The notes beneath the pieces are model-generated. The model saw nothing but the letters and a program-made list of their open reading frames with translations, was not told the origin of the DNA and ran no database searches. The translations under genes were made by a program, and so were the position numbers. This document shows positions 1 to 9,726 of a stretch of DNA of 39,382 bases, one piece after another (positions within the stretch are counted from its first letter, which is position 1; every line of letters starts with the position of its first letter). This DNA is from a virus (lineage: Duplodnaviria > Heunggongvirae > Uroviricota > Caudoviricetes). Location of the stretch: IMG/VR virus record IMGVR_UViG_2923296884_000001, one strand, 5' to 3'.

Positions 1-1293
<1,293 letters not shown>

Positions 1294-1315
1294 TACCCAA
1301 TTTTTCTGAATCTAA

Positions 1316-1335
1316 AAAGCGCCTGCGGGCGCTTT
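1316..1335 (+). terminator. stem-loop AAAGCGCC-tgcg-GGCGCTTT directly after serS; possibly a truncated native terminator
   Basis: Perfect 8-bp inverted repeat 23 nt after the serS stop, but followed by aagtagagg rather than a T-run. Confidence 0.4.
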
Positions 1336-1414
1336 AAGTAGAGGTTTAATCATTTGAAAATAAATGGATTTTATTTTTAAGTGTCCATATAACGTCCATC
1401 TTTGAATGCAAAAA

Positions 1415-1448
1415 GCCCACAGCTTCTATGCTGTGGGCTTTGTTTTTT
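1415..1448 (+). terminator. rho-independent terminator (plus strand)
   Basis: GCCCACAGC-ttctat-GCTGTGGGC stem-loop followed by TTTGTTTTTT. Confidence 0.6.
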
Positions 1449-1470
1449 GGTGTCCTCATGAGTGAGGGAA

Positions 1471-1504
1471 CCAAAAAGAAAACCCGCAGTTTTTACGCTG
1501 CGGG
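1471..1504 (-). terminator. rho-independent terminator (minus strand), downstream of the hok-like gene
   Basis: On the minus strand CCCGCAG-cgtaaaaa-CTGCGGG followed by TTTTCTTTTT; back-to-back with the plus-strand terminator at 1415-1448. Confidence 0.5.
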
Positions 1505-1598
1505 CTTGTTGTTCACGTCAACTGGAAATAGGGTGCCTTTTCGACCTTTACCCTGGCAACCGATTGACGGGGAAGTTGCCTTCCCCGTCGCGGTTTCC

Positions 1599-1739
1599 TT
1601 ACTGCTTACACTGTAAGAACGCCGCAAACTCCGCTCCCCAGAAGCTCATCCGTATTTCACACAGCGAACCGTGTAGCATCCAGATGATGAGGATTACCGT
1701 CACGCAGAACGTGATGGCCGTAAGCGATTTTTGCGACAT
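1599..1739 (-). CDS. Hok/Gef-family type I toxin homologue (46 aa; below the ORF-track size cut-off)
   Basis: Minus-strand ORF with SD AAAGGAG ~8 nt before the ATG at 1739; translation MSQKSLTAITFCVTVILIIWMLHGSLCEIRMSFWGAEFAAFLQCKQ has an N-terminal TM helix plus the SLCEIR and VAAF-type motifs conserved in Hok/Gef; a perfect palindrome (GACGGGGAAG-ttgc-CTTCCCCGTC, 1566-1589) follows the stop. Confidence 0.55.
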   Translation of the reverse strand: MSQKSLTAITFCVTVILIIWMLHGSLCEIRMSFWGAEFAAFLQCKQ

Positions 1740-1930
1740 AGCGCTTGCTCCTTTGTTGGAGAGGCGCTAACCTATCACTTGCTTAAGGTAGATATGTTAG
1801 GGCCTCGGTTAAACAGAAATGTTTTCCGGGGCCTTTCCACATCTGGCCTTCGGGTATTCCCTCCGACCATCAGCCGAAAGGCACCCGCGCGTAATCTATC
1901 GCTTTTTTGTTACTCCGGCAATTCTGCCTG

Positions 1931-2191
1931 TTAATTCTGAGGTAAAGGCAAACTCATCTGATTGTTTCCCCTGTGTGAAGCTGGCAGCTCATGCCACGGG
2001 ATACCTTCTGAAGAGTGAACGCCGGAGGTGTGTTTTGATGTGAATTTATGGAAAGCTTCCAGTGTTGAGAAGCATACGCCGCATTCCAGGTTGTTACACT
2101 GGTAATACTTTTGCCGCACGGTGTTTGAATCATTTTCCGGACGACTGGTGCGGATACGGGCAGATGCGCCACAAAGCGGACAACGGAACAT
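1931..2191 (-). CDS. ogr: Ogr/Delta-family zinc-finger late-gene activator
   Basis: N-terminus MFRCPLCGASARIRTSR...YYQCNNLECGVCF matches the Ogr C-x2-C...C-x4-C zinc finger; SD AAGGGAGG upstream of the ATG at 2191; sits immediately after D as in P2. Confidence 0.8.
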   Translation of the reverse strand: MFRCPLCGASARIRTSRPENDSNTVRQKYYQCNNLECGVCFSTLEAFHKFTSKHTSGVHSSEGIPWHELPASHRGNNQMSLPLPQN

Positions 2192-2233
2192 AGCGACCTC
2201 CCTTAACGTGGTGCTGCTGCTATTCTAAGTTGC

Positions 2234-3343
2234 TCACTCTGTTTCTGCTATCCATTCCGGGATTTTTGCCTCAAGCTCAAGCTGCGTGGTAAAGCCGCTG
2301 TTATCGATGGTGTGCTCGGCTTTTGCAATAATCCAGTCCTGATTATCAATCTCGCTTTTAAATCCTGTTACCGTGCCATGCATTTCGGGGTAGAGTTCTG
2401 CACGTCCACGCGCCAGCGTGATGGAGAATGATGCGGCTCCGCGTTGTAGTTGCTGCCACTTTGCCGCCGCTGCGCGTCTTGCTGCCTGCTCGTTCTGATA
2501 AGTCTTGCGTAACACAAACACATTGCCTTCCGCGCCTTCCATATAATCACCTTCACGGCTGCTGCTTTTCTCCTTTTTGGGTTTTGGCGGTTTACGGCGT
2601 TTCACGCTGACTTTTTTCTTTTTCCCGTAATTAAGATCAAGCCAGTAAGCGCGTACCCCCGTATACGCTTCGCGGTCAGCAATGCGGAACTGATGGCGAT
2701 CGCCGCTGCTGCGTGTGATGGCAAACGATGGCAACGGCTGGCCCTGTGCGTTCACGCCACCGCCGGGCATGATGAATAACAGATTACCGCTTTTTACCGT
2801 GGTGATTGCGCCCAGCATTTCTGCCATGCGCGTAAGGAAGGACATGTCGCTTTCTTCGGTCTGGTCGGCGTGGTCGATTTCGATATCCATCAGCATTTCG
2901 CTGATTTGCGGTTTCAGACCATACCGATGAGCGATGGCGGATACCACACGCTCAACGGTCACATCATGCCAGGACACCTCACGTTTAACGTTAAATTCAT
3001 CCCGAAAATCTGCGCTTCTGGCTGAAACAGTCAGCCTGTCCGGCGGTCCTTCGTGAGCGATTTCATCAACAATGTAAGTGCCTTTTTCTGTCAGCGGTTC
3101 TCCTTTCCAGCCAATGAGAACCGTCAGGCGCGCGCCCCGTGGCGGTAGCTGCAACTGACCATCCGCATCATCCAGCGTGATGGTGAGCTGGTCCGCGTCA
3201 AATCCCCGGTTGTCGGTCAGTGACAGGCTCATCAGGCGCTCTGCCACGCCTGACAGCGTTTTACCCTCCGCGAGAATATCAAAATCCGGCATTTTTACGG
3301 GGTCTGTGCCCTGACTGAGCAATTGCATGGTGGTGTCGGTCAT
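2234..3343 (-). CDS. D: tail protein D (late control gene D)
   Basis: ORF 2234..3475 matches P2 gpD along its length; start refined to the ATG at 3343 (MTDTTMQLL...) preceded by a GGGAGGGAG SD. Confidence 0.9.
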   Translation of the reverse strand: MTDTTMQLLSQGTDPVKMPDFDILAEGKTLSGVAERLMSLSLTDNRGFDADQLTITLDDADGQLQLPPRGARLTVLIGWKGEPLTEKGTYIVDEIAHEGPPDRLTVSARSADFRDEFNVKREVSWHDVTVERVVSAIAHRYGLKPQISEMLMDIEIDHADQTEESDMSFLTRMAEMLGAITTVKSGNLLFIMPGGGVNAQGQPLPSFAITRSSGDRHQFRIADREAYTGVRAYWLDLNYGKKKKVSVKRRKPPKPKKEKSSSREGDYMEGAEGNVFVLRKTYQNEQAARRAAAAKWQQLQRGAASFSITLARGRAELYPEMHGTVTGFKSEIDNQDWIIAKAEHTIDNSGFTTQLELEAKIPEWIAETE

Positions 3344-3500
3344 CTGCTCCCTCCCTGTGCGGCATGGTCGCATGTGCGTGCGGAGGGGGTTACTGCTTTT
3401 TGTTGTCGCCGTGGCGGGAGAACGGCGCAGGGGTGAGATTACGCGCGTGGTGGGTGATGATTGTTGCTGAATCATTTAACGGATACAAGGGGCTAAAGCT
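3344..3500. promoter_or_regulatory. divergent intergenic region between D and FI; candidate late promoter(s)
   Basis: 157-bp gap between divergent D and FI starts; contains TTGTTGT-N-AGAACGG, a motif also present upstream of P at 22975-23004. Confidence 0.4.
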
Positions 3501-4685
3501 ATGAGTGAAACTCGTTTTCATGGTGCCCGTGTTACGGAAAGTACCGACCTGGTAACAGCGATTAACGATGTTGATTCCAGCGTTATCGGTATCGTGGCAA
3601 CGGCGGATGATGCGGACGCGAAGCTGTTCCCGCTGAACAAGCCCACACTGCTGACCCGCGTCAATGACGTGCTGGGAAAATGCGGGACAACGGGGACGCT
3701 TTATCGTGCGCTTAAGGCCATCGCAGACCAGGTGAGCACAAAGGTGATCGTCGTTCGCGTGGCTGAACACAAAGAAGAAAACGGAAAGACGCAGGATCAA
3801 CTGGTTATCGGTGGTTCTGAATCTGACGGCAGCTATACGGGGATGTATGCGCTGCTTGTTGCAGAGCAGGATGAAAGCATCGGATACCGTCCGCGTATTC
3901 TGGCCGCGCCGGAGCTGGACACGGAGGCGGTGACAAAATCCCTGTGCGTGATTGCGGGTAAAGTGCGCGCGTTTGTGTATGCCACATGTCATGGTTGTAA
4001 CACGATGGCTGAGGCGATTACCTACCGCCAGAAATTCAACGAACGTGAGGTGATGCTCTTATGGCCTGACTTCATCGCCTACAACCCGAAAAGTGGCAAA
4101 AACGAAACGTTCCCCGCGCCTGCTTATGCGTGCGGCCTTCGTGCGTACATTGACCATGAGCAGGGCTGGCACAAATCGCTGTCCAACGTTCCGGTTAAAA
4201 ATGTGCTGGGGATGTCCAGGCATGTGTTCTGGTCGTTACAGGCCGAAGACAGTGATGCCAACAGCCTCAACAACAAAGAAATCACGACCATTATTCGTCG
4301 TAACGGGTTCCGCTTCTGGGGCAACCGCACACCGGAAACGAACGCCTACATCTTTGAGGTGTATACCCGAACCGCACAGGTGCTGGCTGATTCAATTGCG
4401 GAAGCGCAGTTTGAAACCATCGACAGTCCACTGACACCTGCGAACGTGAAGGATGTTATCAGCGCCATCAGAGCAAAACTGGATTCGCTGGTTACTGTCG
4501 GGAAACTGATTGGTGCGGAGTGCTGGTATGACGTGGTGGATAACAGCACCACGGGTTTACGTCAGGGGCGTGTGCGTATTCGCTACAAATATACGCCTGT
4601 TCCCCCGCTGGAAGACATGGAGCTTTACCAGTCGTTTACTGATGAATTCTTTGGTCCCGCATTTGCGGTGCTGGGAGGTGCCTGA
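3501..4685 (+). CDS. FI: tail sheath protein
   Basis: 394-aa ORF with sheath-protein features and P2 gpFI similarity; followed by the tube gene with ATGA overlap. Confidence 0.93.
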   Translation: MSETRFHGARVTESTDLVTAINDVDSSVIGIVATADDADAKLFPLNKPTLLTRVNDVLGKCGTTGTLYRALKAIADQVSTKVIVVRVAEHKEENGKTQDQLVIGGSESDGSYTGMYALLVAEQDESIGYRPRILAAPELDTEAVTKSLCVIAGKVRAFVYATCHGCNTMAEAITYRQKFNEREVMLLWPDFIAYNPKSGKNETFPAPAYACGLRAYIDHEQGWHKSLSNVPVKNVLGMSRHVFWSLQAEDSDANSLNNKEITTIIRRNGFRFWGNRTPETNAYIFEVYTRTAQVLADSIAEAQFETIDSPLTPANVKDVISAIRAKLDSLVTVGKLIGAECWYDVVDNSTTGLRQGRVRIRYKYTPVPPLEDMELYQSFTDEFFGPAFAVLGGA

Positions 4686-5197
4686 TGGCTGTACCAAAAC
4701 ATCTTCGCTTTTTTACGTTGTTTGTGGATGGTGAAAACGAAGTGGGTAAAGTGACATCCGTCACGCCACCCAAACTGACGCGCAAAACCGACAGCTATCG
4801 TGGTGGTGGCATGATGGGGGCGGTAAGTATTGATCTCGGTCTGGACGACTCCGCGCTTGATGCGAGTTTTGTCATGGGGGGAGCTGTTCGTGCGCTGTTC
4901 CTTAAATATGGCGGCACGATTGACGGCACGCTGCTGCGTTTTGCGGGTGAATACTACACCGATGCAGAAAGCGATCTGTATGAAATCGAGATGCGCGGGC
5001 GTGTGACGGAAATTGATATGGGGGAGGCCAAACAGGGCGAAGCCACATCACACACTTACGCTGTCAAAAACACCTACTACAAGCTGAGCGTTAACGATCG
5101 CCCGCTGTGGGAAATCGACCTGTTGAACCACATCTACCGGAAGGACGGCAAGGACATTGTGCCTGACCGCATTCGTTCCGCGCTTGGGCTTGGCTGA
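4685..5197 (+). CDS. FII: tail tube protein
   Basis: 170-aa ORF matching P2 gpFII, in the conserved position after the sheath gene. Confidence 0.93.
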   Translation: MAVPKHLRFFTLFVDGENEVGKVTSVTPPKLTRKTDSYRGGGMMGAVSIDLGLDDSALDASFVMGGAVRALFLKYGGTIDGTLLRFAGEYYTDAESDLYEIEMRGRVTEIDMGEAKQGEATSHTYAVKNTYYKLSVNDRPLWEIDLLNHIYRKDGKDIVPDRIRSALGLG

Positions 5198-5252
5198 TAA
5201 GTAATATGCAGGCGGCGCAGTGCGTCGCCTCTGACTGAAAAGGAGACAACTG

Positions 5253-5627
5253 ATGAAAGATATCGATACTGAAACCCGGAATAACACCGTAGCGGATGAT
5301 GTGACGGCAGGTGAGGATATGGCTGTCGAACGTGGTGTAAAACTTTCCCGGCCAATTGAGCGTGGTGGCGAAAAAATCACATATGTGGAGATCACCGGGG
5401 CTATTGAGCAGGCGGGATCCCTGCGTGGTCTGTCGCTGTCTGATGTGCTGAATCTGAAAGCGGATACCATGTTCACGCTGTTGCCTCGCGTGACCTCGCC
5501 ACGACTGGATGAAGTGATGATTAAAAAAATGTCGTCACGCGATTTTATTCGGTTGTGCGCTGTGGCTGTAAATTTTATGAGCGAGCCAGACTCTGGCGCG
5601 AAGAGCGTGCAGGAGACGGCAGCGTAA
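5253..5627 (+). CDS. E: tail assembly chaperone E
   Basis: 124-aa ORF in the conserved position between tube and tape-measure genes, with an overlapping -1 frame ORF as in P2 E/E'. Confidence 0.85.
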   Translation: MKDIDTETRNNTVADDVTAGEDMAVERGVKLSRPIERGGEKITYVEITGAIEQAGSLRGLSLSDVLNLKADTMFTLLPRVTSPRLDEVMIKKMSSRDFIRLCAVAVNFMSEPDSGAKSVQETAA

Positions 5628-5791
5628 TCACCCTGGTGTGCTTTGAGCACATCGAAGATCTGGTGGCGGATATTGCCGCCATTTTTAACTGGTCGCCCGC
5701 CGAAATCTTCATGATGACGCCCGGCGAAGTGGTTAGCTGGCGTGAGCGGGCGGCACTTCGCAGCGGGAATGCAGATAATGAAGACTCTTGA
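5555..5791 (+). CDS. E': E' extension (-1 frame) of the E+E' frameshift product; true junction lies upstream, about 5525-5555
   Basis: -1 frame ORF overlapping the 3' end of E and the 5' end of T; an A7 run at 5523-5529 sits where the -1 frame opens (stop at 5522-5524 in that frame). Confidence 0.65.
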   Translation: MRCGCKFYERARLWREERAGDGSVITLVCFEHIEDLVADIAAIFNWSPAEIFMMTPGEVVSWRERAALRSGNADNEDS

Positions 5792-8585
5792 CATCCGGGT
5801 CGCTTTCAGCGCCGTTGACAGGCTGACCCGGCCTGCCGAAAACGCCCGCCGCCTGATGGGGCAGTTTGGTGACTCCATCCAGCGAACGCAGGGGGCGATC
5901 AAAAATCTCGAGCGTCAGGCGCGTTCATTTGAGCGCGCCCGTGACGCTGTCAGTAAAGCGGATGCGGGTATCGTGAAAGCACGACGCCAGCTTAACGCCC
6001 TTAATCAGTTACAACGCACGGGTACAGTGCTCAGCGAAAAACAACAAAAGCTGATGCAGCAGTTAAGCACCCGGCTTGAACGCCTGAATGAATCGCGCAC
6101 ACGGGAAATTCAGAAAATGCGGGAACTTGGCGGAGAGCTGAAACGCCACGGCATTTCCCTGACAGGCAGCGATAACACCATCCAGCAGGCCATCAGACGC
6201 ACCGAACAGTACAACAACCAGCTTGAACGCGAACGGCAGGCGCTTGCGCGTGTAACGCGGGCGCGTGAGCGGTATTCGCGCGCGCAGGAAACCGCGGGAA
6301 AACTGAAAACAGGTGGTGCGCTGGCAATTGGTGCTGCAGCGGCTGGCGGCTATGCTGCCGGGCGTTTTTTGCAGCCTGCGATCGGGTTCGGCAAAGAGAT
6401 GTCCCGCGTTCAGGCACTGACGCGAATCGACAAAAACAGCCCGCAGTTTAAGGCGCTGCGTGAGCAGGCGTTAAAACTTGGTTCTGAAACACAGTTTACT
6501 GCGAGTGATGCCGCCAGTGGGCAGAGCTTTCTGGCAATGGCTGGTTTTACTCCGCAGGCCATTCAGGCCGCATTGCCCGGTGTTCTTAATATGGCGCTGG
6601 CAGGTGGCGTCGAACTCGGCGAGACGGCTGATATAGGCTCCAATATCCTCACACAGTTCAACCTGACAGCCGATCAAATGGACCGGGTTGGCGATACGCT
6701 GACAGCAGCATTCACCCGGACCAATACTGATTTACGCGCGCTGGGCGAAACCATGAAGTATACCGGTCCGGTTGCCGCAAAACTTGGTATCAGTCTTGAA
6801 GAAGCGGCGGCCATGGCCGGGATGCTTGCCAATAATGGTCTTCGCGGAAGCGATGCTGGTACGGCCATGCGCGCAAGTCTGTCCCGCCTTGCATCACCGC
6901 CAAAAGCTGCGGCTGATGCACTGAAAGAGCTGGGGGTGTCAGTTGCTGACGCCAGAGGCAAAATGCGCCCGATGGAGGATGTGCTGCTTGATCTCTATAA
7001 GGCGACACAAAAATACGGACAGGTGGACCAGGTTTCCTTCTTCAAGGACATCGCCGGAGAAGAGGCGTTCGTTGGTTTACAGACGCTTGTTGCGGCGGCT
7101 GGTTCAGGAGAGCTGCAAAAACTGACCAGAGAATTGCAGGGGGCAAGGGGAGAGGCCGATCGCGTTGCAAAAGTAATGGCCGATAATCTTGATGGGGACC
7201 TGAAAAATCTCGACAGCGCATGGGAAGGTCTTCGTATTCGCATCAGTGATCTGGTTGACGGTCCGCTGCGTTCTGTCACGCAGTGGCTCACGCGGGTGCT
7301 TGAAAAAATCACCTCGCTGGCGCAGGCCCATCCGGTACTGACGCGCCAGCTACTGATAGCAGGCGGTGCGTTGCTGGCAATGACTGCAACGATTGGCTCG
7401 TTGTCGCTGGTTATTGGGGTGCTTTACGGAAAGCTGGCCACCCTGCGTCTTGGTTTTGACATTCTTACCCGGTCAATGAATGTCGTCCGGGTGTTGCCTG
7501 CGCTGTGGGGAATGCTGACGGGTTCTGTTTCTTTGCTGGGAGGCGCTATCGGGGCGCTGTTCAGTCCGGTTGGATTGATTGCTGCTGCGTTTGTGGCTGC
7601 GGCGGTTCTCATCTGGAAATACTGGGAACCCATTAAGGCGTTTTATGCCGGGGTGTTCAACGGGATTATGGAAAGGCTGACCCCGTTGCGCGAAACCTTT
7701 GAACGGTTTGGTCCTGTTTTTGACGCAATCGGAAGCGGGATCAGCCAGGTGTTTAACTGGTTTAAATCGCTGCTGTCACCGATGGAGTCCAGCAAGGAAA
7801 CGCTGGATAAATGTACCAGTGCTGGCGAGATATTCGGTAACGTTCTTGGTGGCGCGTTACAGCTTGTTCTGACGCCTGCAAAAATGTTGCTGGATACGCT
7901 GGCGTGGATACTTGAAAAACTCGGTGTTCTTCCGGATGAAGCGGAAAGGGCGAGAAAGAAAATCGAAGACGCACAGCGTGCGGCCATTCTTCAGGACAAG
8001 GTTACCTTGCTTCAGGGGGACCTGGCGAAAATCAATCCGCCGAAGCCTGTGGAAAATGGCAATGGCACCGGAGGTGATAACCCCAAAGACAATAAACCGC
8101 TCACAGACAGCAATACCGGGACGCTGCGCAGACTCAGCAAAATTGCTGATAACACAGGTAAGCTGGTTGAGGAGACGAAAAAACGCATTGGCCCCGGCGA
8201 TATTGTCTTTAAAAACCTGCCCCGAGCACTTGCTGTTCGTGGGGAGTGGCAGGAGCGGAAGATTGCGCAGGTCAGTAAGCCTGCCCCCGCAATTAATATC
8301 ACACCCGTGGTCCCGGCTCCGCTGCCTCCGGCGCTGGTCCCTGTTGTTGCGGCCAGCTCCCGCCCGGTGGCGGAGGCCATACGATCTCCAGTGGCATCAG
8401 TTCCTGTAACTTCCCGTAACCGGGAGCCTGTTGCCTCCGGATTTGGTGGTGAAATTCATGTTCATCTGCATAACGTTGTTACGCAGAATCCCCGCGAACT
8501 GGCGAAACTGGTCGGTGAAATGGTCAGGGCAGAAATGGAACGGCGTGCCCGTGCCGGGCGTGGCAGTTTTTACGATAAAGATTGA
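5769..8585 (+). CDS. T: tail tape-measure protein
   Basis: About 940-aa ORF with coiled-coil N-terminal half, Gly/Ala-rich hydrophobic segments and a Pro-rich C-terminus, in the P2 gpT position; start (5742, 5769 or 5778) overlaps E'. Confidence 0.9.
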   Translation: MQIMKTLDIRVAFSAVDRLTRPAENARRLMGQFGDSIQRTQGAIKNLERQARSFERARDAVSKADAGIVKARRQLNALNQLQRTGTVLSEKQQKLMQQLSTRLERLNESRTREIQKMRELGGELKRHGISLTGSDNTIQQAIRRTEQYNNQLERERQALARVTRARERYSRAQETAGKLKTGGALAIGAAAAGGYAAGRFLQPAIGFGKEMSRVQALTRIDKNSPQFKALREQALKLGSETQFTASDAASGQSFLAMAGFTPQAIQAALPGVLNMALAGGVELGETADIGSNILTQFNLTADQMDRVGDTLTAAFTRTNTDLRALGETMKYTGPVAAKLGISLEEAAAMAGMLANNGLRGSDAGTAMRASLSRLASPPKAAADALKELGVSVADARGKMRPMEDVLLDLYKATQKYGQVDQVSFFKDIAGEEAFVGLQTLVAAAGSGELQKLTRELQGARGEADRVAKVMADNLDGDLKNLDSAWEGLRIRISDLVDGPLRSVTQWLTRVLEKITSLAQAHPVLTRQLLIAGGALLAMTATIGSLSLVIGVLYGKLATLRLGFDILTRSMNVVRVLPALWGMLTGSVSLLGGAIGALFSPVGLIAAAFVAAAVLIWKYWEPIKAFYAGVFNGIMERLTPLRETFERFGPVFDAIGSGISQVFNWFKSLLSPMESSKETLDKCTSAGEIFGNVLGGALQLVLTPAKMLLDTLAWILEKLGVLPDEAERARKKIEDAQRAAILQDKVTLLQGDLAKINPPKPVENGNGTGGDNPKDNKPLTDSNTGTLRRLSKIADNTGKLVEETKKRIGPGDIVFKNLPRALAVRGEWQERKIAQVSKPAPAINITPVVPAPLPPALVPVVAASSRPVAEAIRSPVASVPVTSRNREPVASGFGGEIHVHLHNVVTQNPRELAKLVGEMVRAEMERRARAGRGSFYDKD

Positions 8586-8591
8586 GGAGTC

Positions 8592-9086
8592 ATGGCCATG
8601 ATGATGATCTATGGCATGTTTGTTTTTGAGCTGCGCACATTGCCGCATCAGCAGTTACAGCAAAACAAAAGCTGGCGGCATGTGAAAAATGAACGCGTTA
8701 ATCGTTCAGCAAGCTGGCAGTATATCGGCGCAGGTGATGATCGCATCGTGCTTTCCGGCGTGCTTTATCCTGAAATTACAGGTGGCGAAGTGTCGCTTTC
8801 GTTGCTGACCACGCAGGCATATACAGGACGCCCCTGGCCTCTGATTGATGGTGTCGGGCAGATTTACGGCATGTATGTACTGACTGAAACGAATACGACC
8901 CGTTCCGAGTTTGATCGCTACGGTAAGGCGAAAAAGATAGAATTTTCACTGACTCTTGAACGCTGTGATGAGGATTTGCGGGAGCGCCTGCAATCCTCAT
9001 CGTTCAGTGATATGCTGTCCGGCTTCAAAGATAAGGTCACATCATCCCTTAACAGCGCGGCCAGCTCCGTTAAAGGGCTGTTTTGA
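8592..9086 (+). CDS. U: tail protein U
   Basis: 164-aa ORF immediately after T with similarity to P2 gpU (MFVFELRTLPHQ... vs P2 MFVFMRQTLPHQ...). Confidence 0.9.
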   Translation: MAMMMIYGMFVFELRTLPHQQLQQNKSWRHVKNERVNRSASWQYIGAGDDRIVLSGVLYPEITGGEVSLSLLTTQAYTGRPWPLIDGVGQIYGMYVLTETNTTRSEFDRYGKAKKIEFSLTLERCDEDLRERLQSSSFSDMLSGFKDKVTSSLNSAASSVKGLF

Positions 9087-9093
9087 TTAACGC

Positions 9094-9123
9094 AAAACCG
9101 CTAATGGTCAGATTAGCGGTTTT
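9094..9123. terminator. palindromic hairpin between convergent U and invertase genes (bidirectional terminator candidate)
   Basis: AAAACCGCTAAT-ggtcag-ATTAGCGGTTTT perfect 12-bp inverted repeat, A-run on one side and T-run on the other; overlaps the invertase stop codon. Confidence 0.5.
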
Positions 9124-9712
9124 CATTTTCCTGAGTCTGCCTGGTTGTTTCTTCAGCCTGTATATCGCCTACAGGGTGATAACGATAAATCGTCGATATG
9201 CCGATGTCGTAAATGATCGCCAGTTGTTTCCTGTCATGACCGTTTTTAATCAGCCTCGCTATTTGCTCGTGTTGTTCTTTTGTCAACTTCGGGCGACGTC
9301 CGCCAATGCGTCCTTGTGCGCGTGCTGCTGCCAGCCCGGCCAGTGTACGCTCTACAATTAATTCACGTTCCATTTCGGCTAAAGCCCCCATGACGTGAAA
9401 AAAGAAACGCCCCATGGGTGTTGATGTGTCAATGCTGTCCGTCAGACTACGGAAATTAACACCTTTTTCCCGCAATTCCTCAATAAGCGTGATCAGGTGT
9501 TTCATACTTCTGCCCAGTCTGTCCAGCTTCCAGACAACCAGCGTATCTCCTTCTGATAGCGTTCTGAGCAGTTTTTTCAATCCCGGTCTGGTTGATTTCG
9601 TTCCGCTGATTTTATCTTCAAAAATCAGTTCACATCCTGCGCAGTTCAGTGCATTGCGTTGTAAATCCGTGTTCTGGTCGTTTGTTGACACACGAATATA
9701 GCCAATTTGCAT
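9113..9712 (-). CDS. serine-recombinase DNA invertase (Hin/Gin/Cin/Pin family)
   Basis: Translation from the ATG at 9712, MQIGYIRVSTNDQNTDLQRNAL..., carries the catalytic serine (GYIRVSTNDQ) and a C-terminal HTH; lies right next to an inverted-repeat-flanked tail-fibre segment. Confidence 0.93.
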   Translation of the reverse strand: MQIGYIRVSTNDQNTDLQRNALNCAGCELIFEDKISGTKSTRPGLKKLLRTLSEGDTLVVWKLDRLGRSMKHLITLIEELREKGVNFRSLTDSIDTSTPMGRFFFHVMGALAEMERELIVERTLAGLAAARAQGRIGGRRPKLTKEQHEQIARLIKNGHDRKQLAIIYDIGISTIYRYHPVGDIQAEETTRQTQENENR

Positions 9713-9726
9713 AAAAAACATCCTCT

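Noticed and set aside
3344-3500. gix-like invertase site that could explain the FI-U block inversion
   Set aside because: No AAACC-NN-GGTTT type dyad at either junction; the hairpin at 9094-9123 has widely spaced half-sites and looks like a terminator
3390-5902. Minus-strand ORFs of 200 aa and 284 aa overlapping FI, FII and E
   Set aside because: Antisense to strongly supported tail genes; compositionally odd translations
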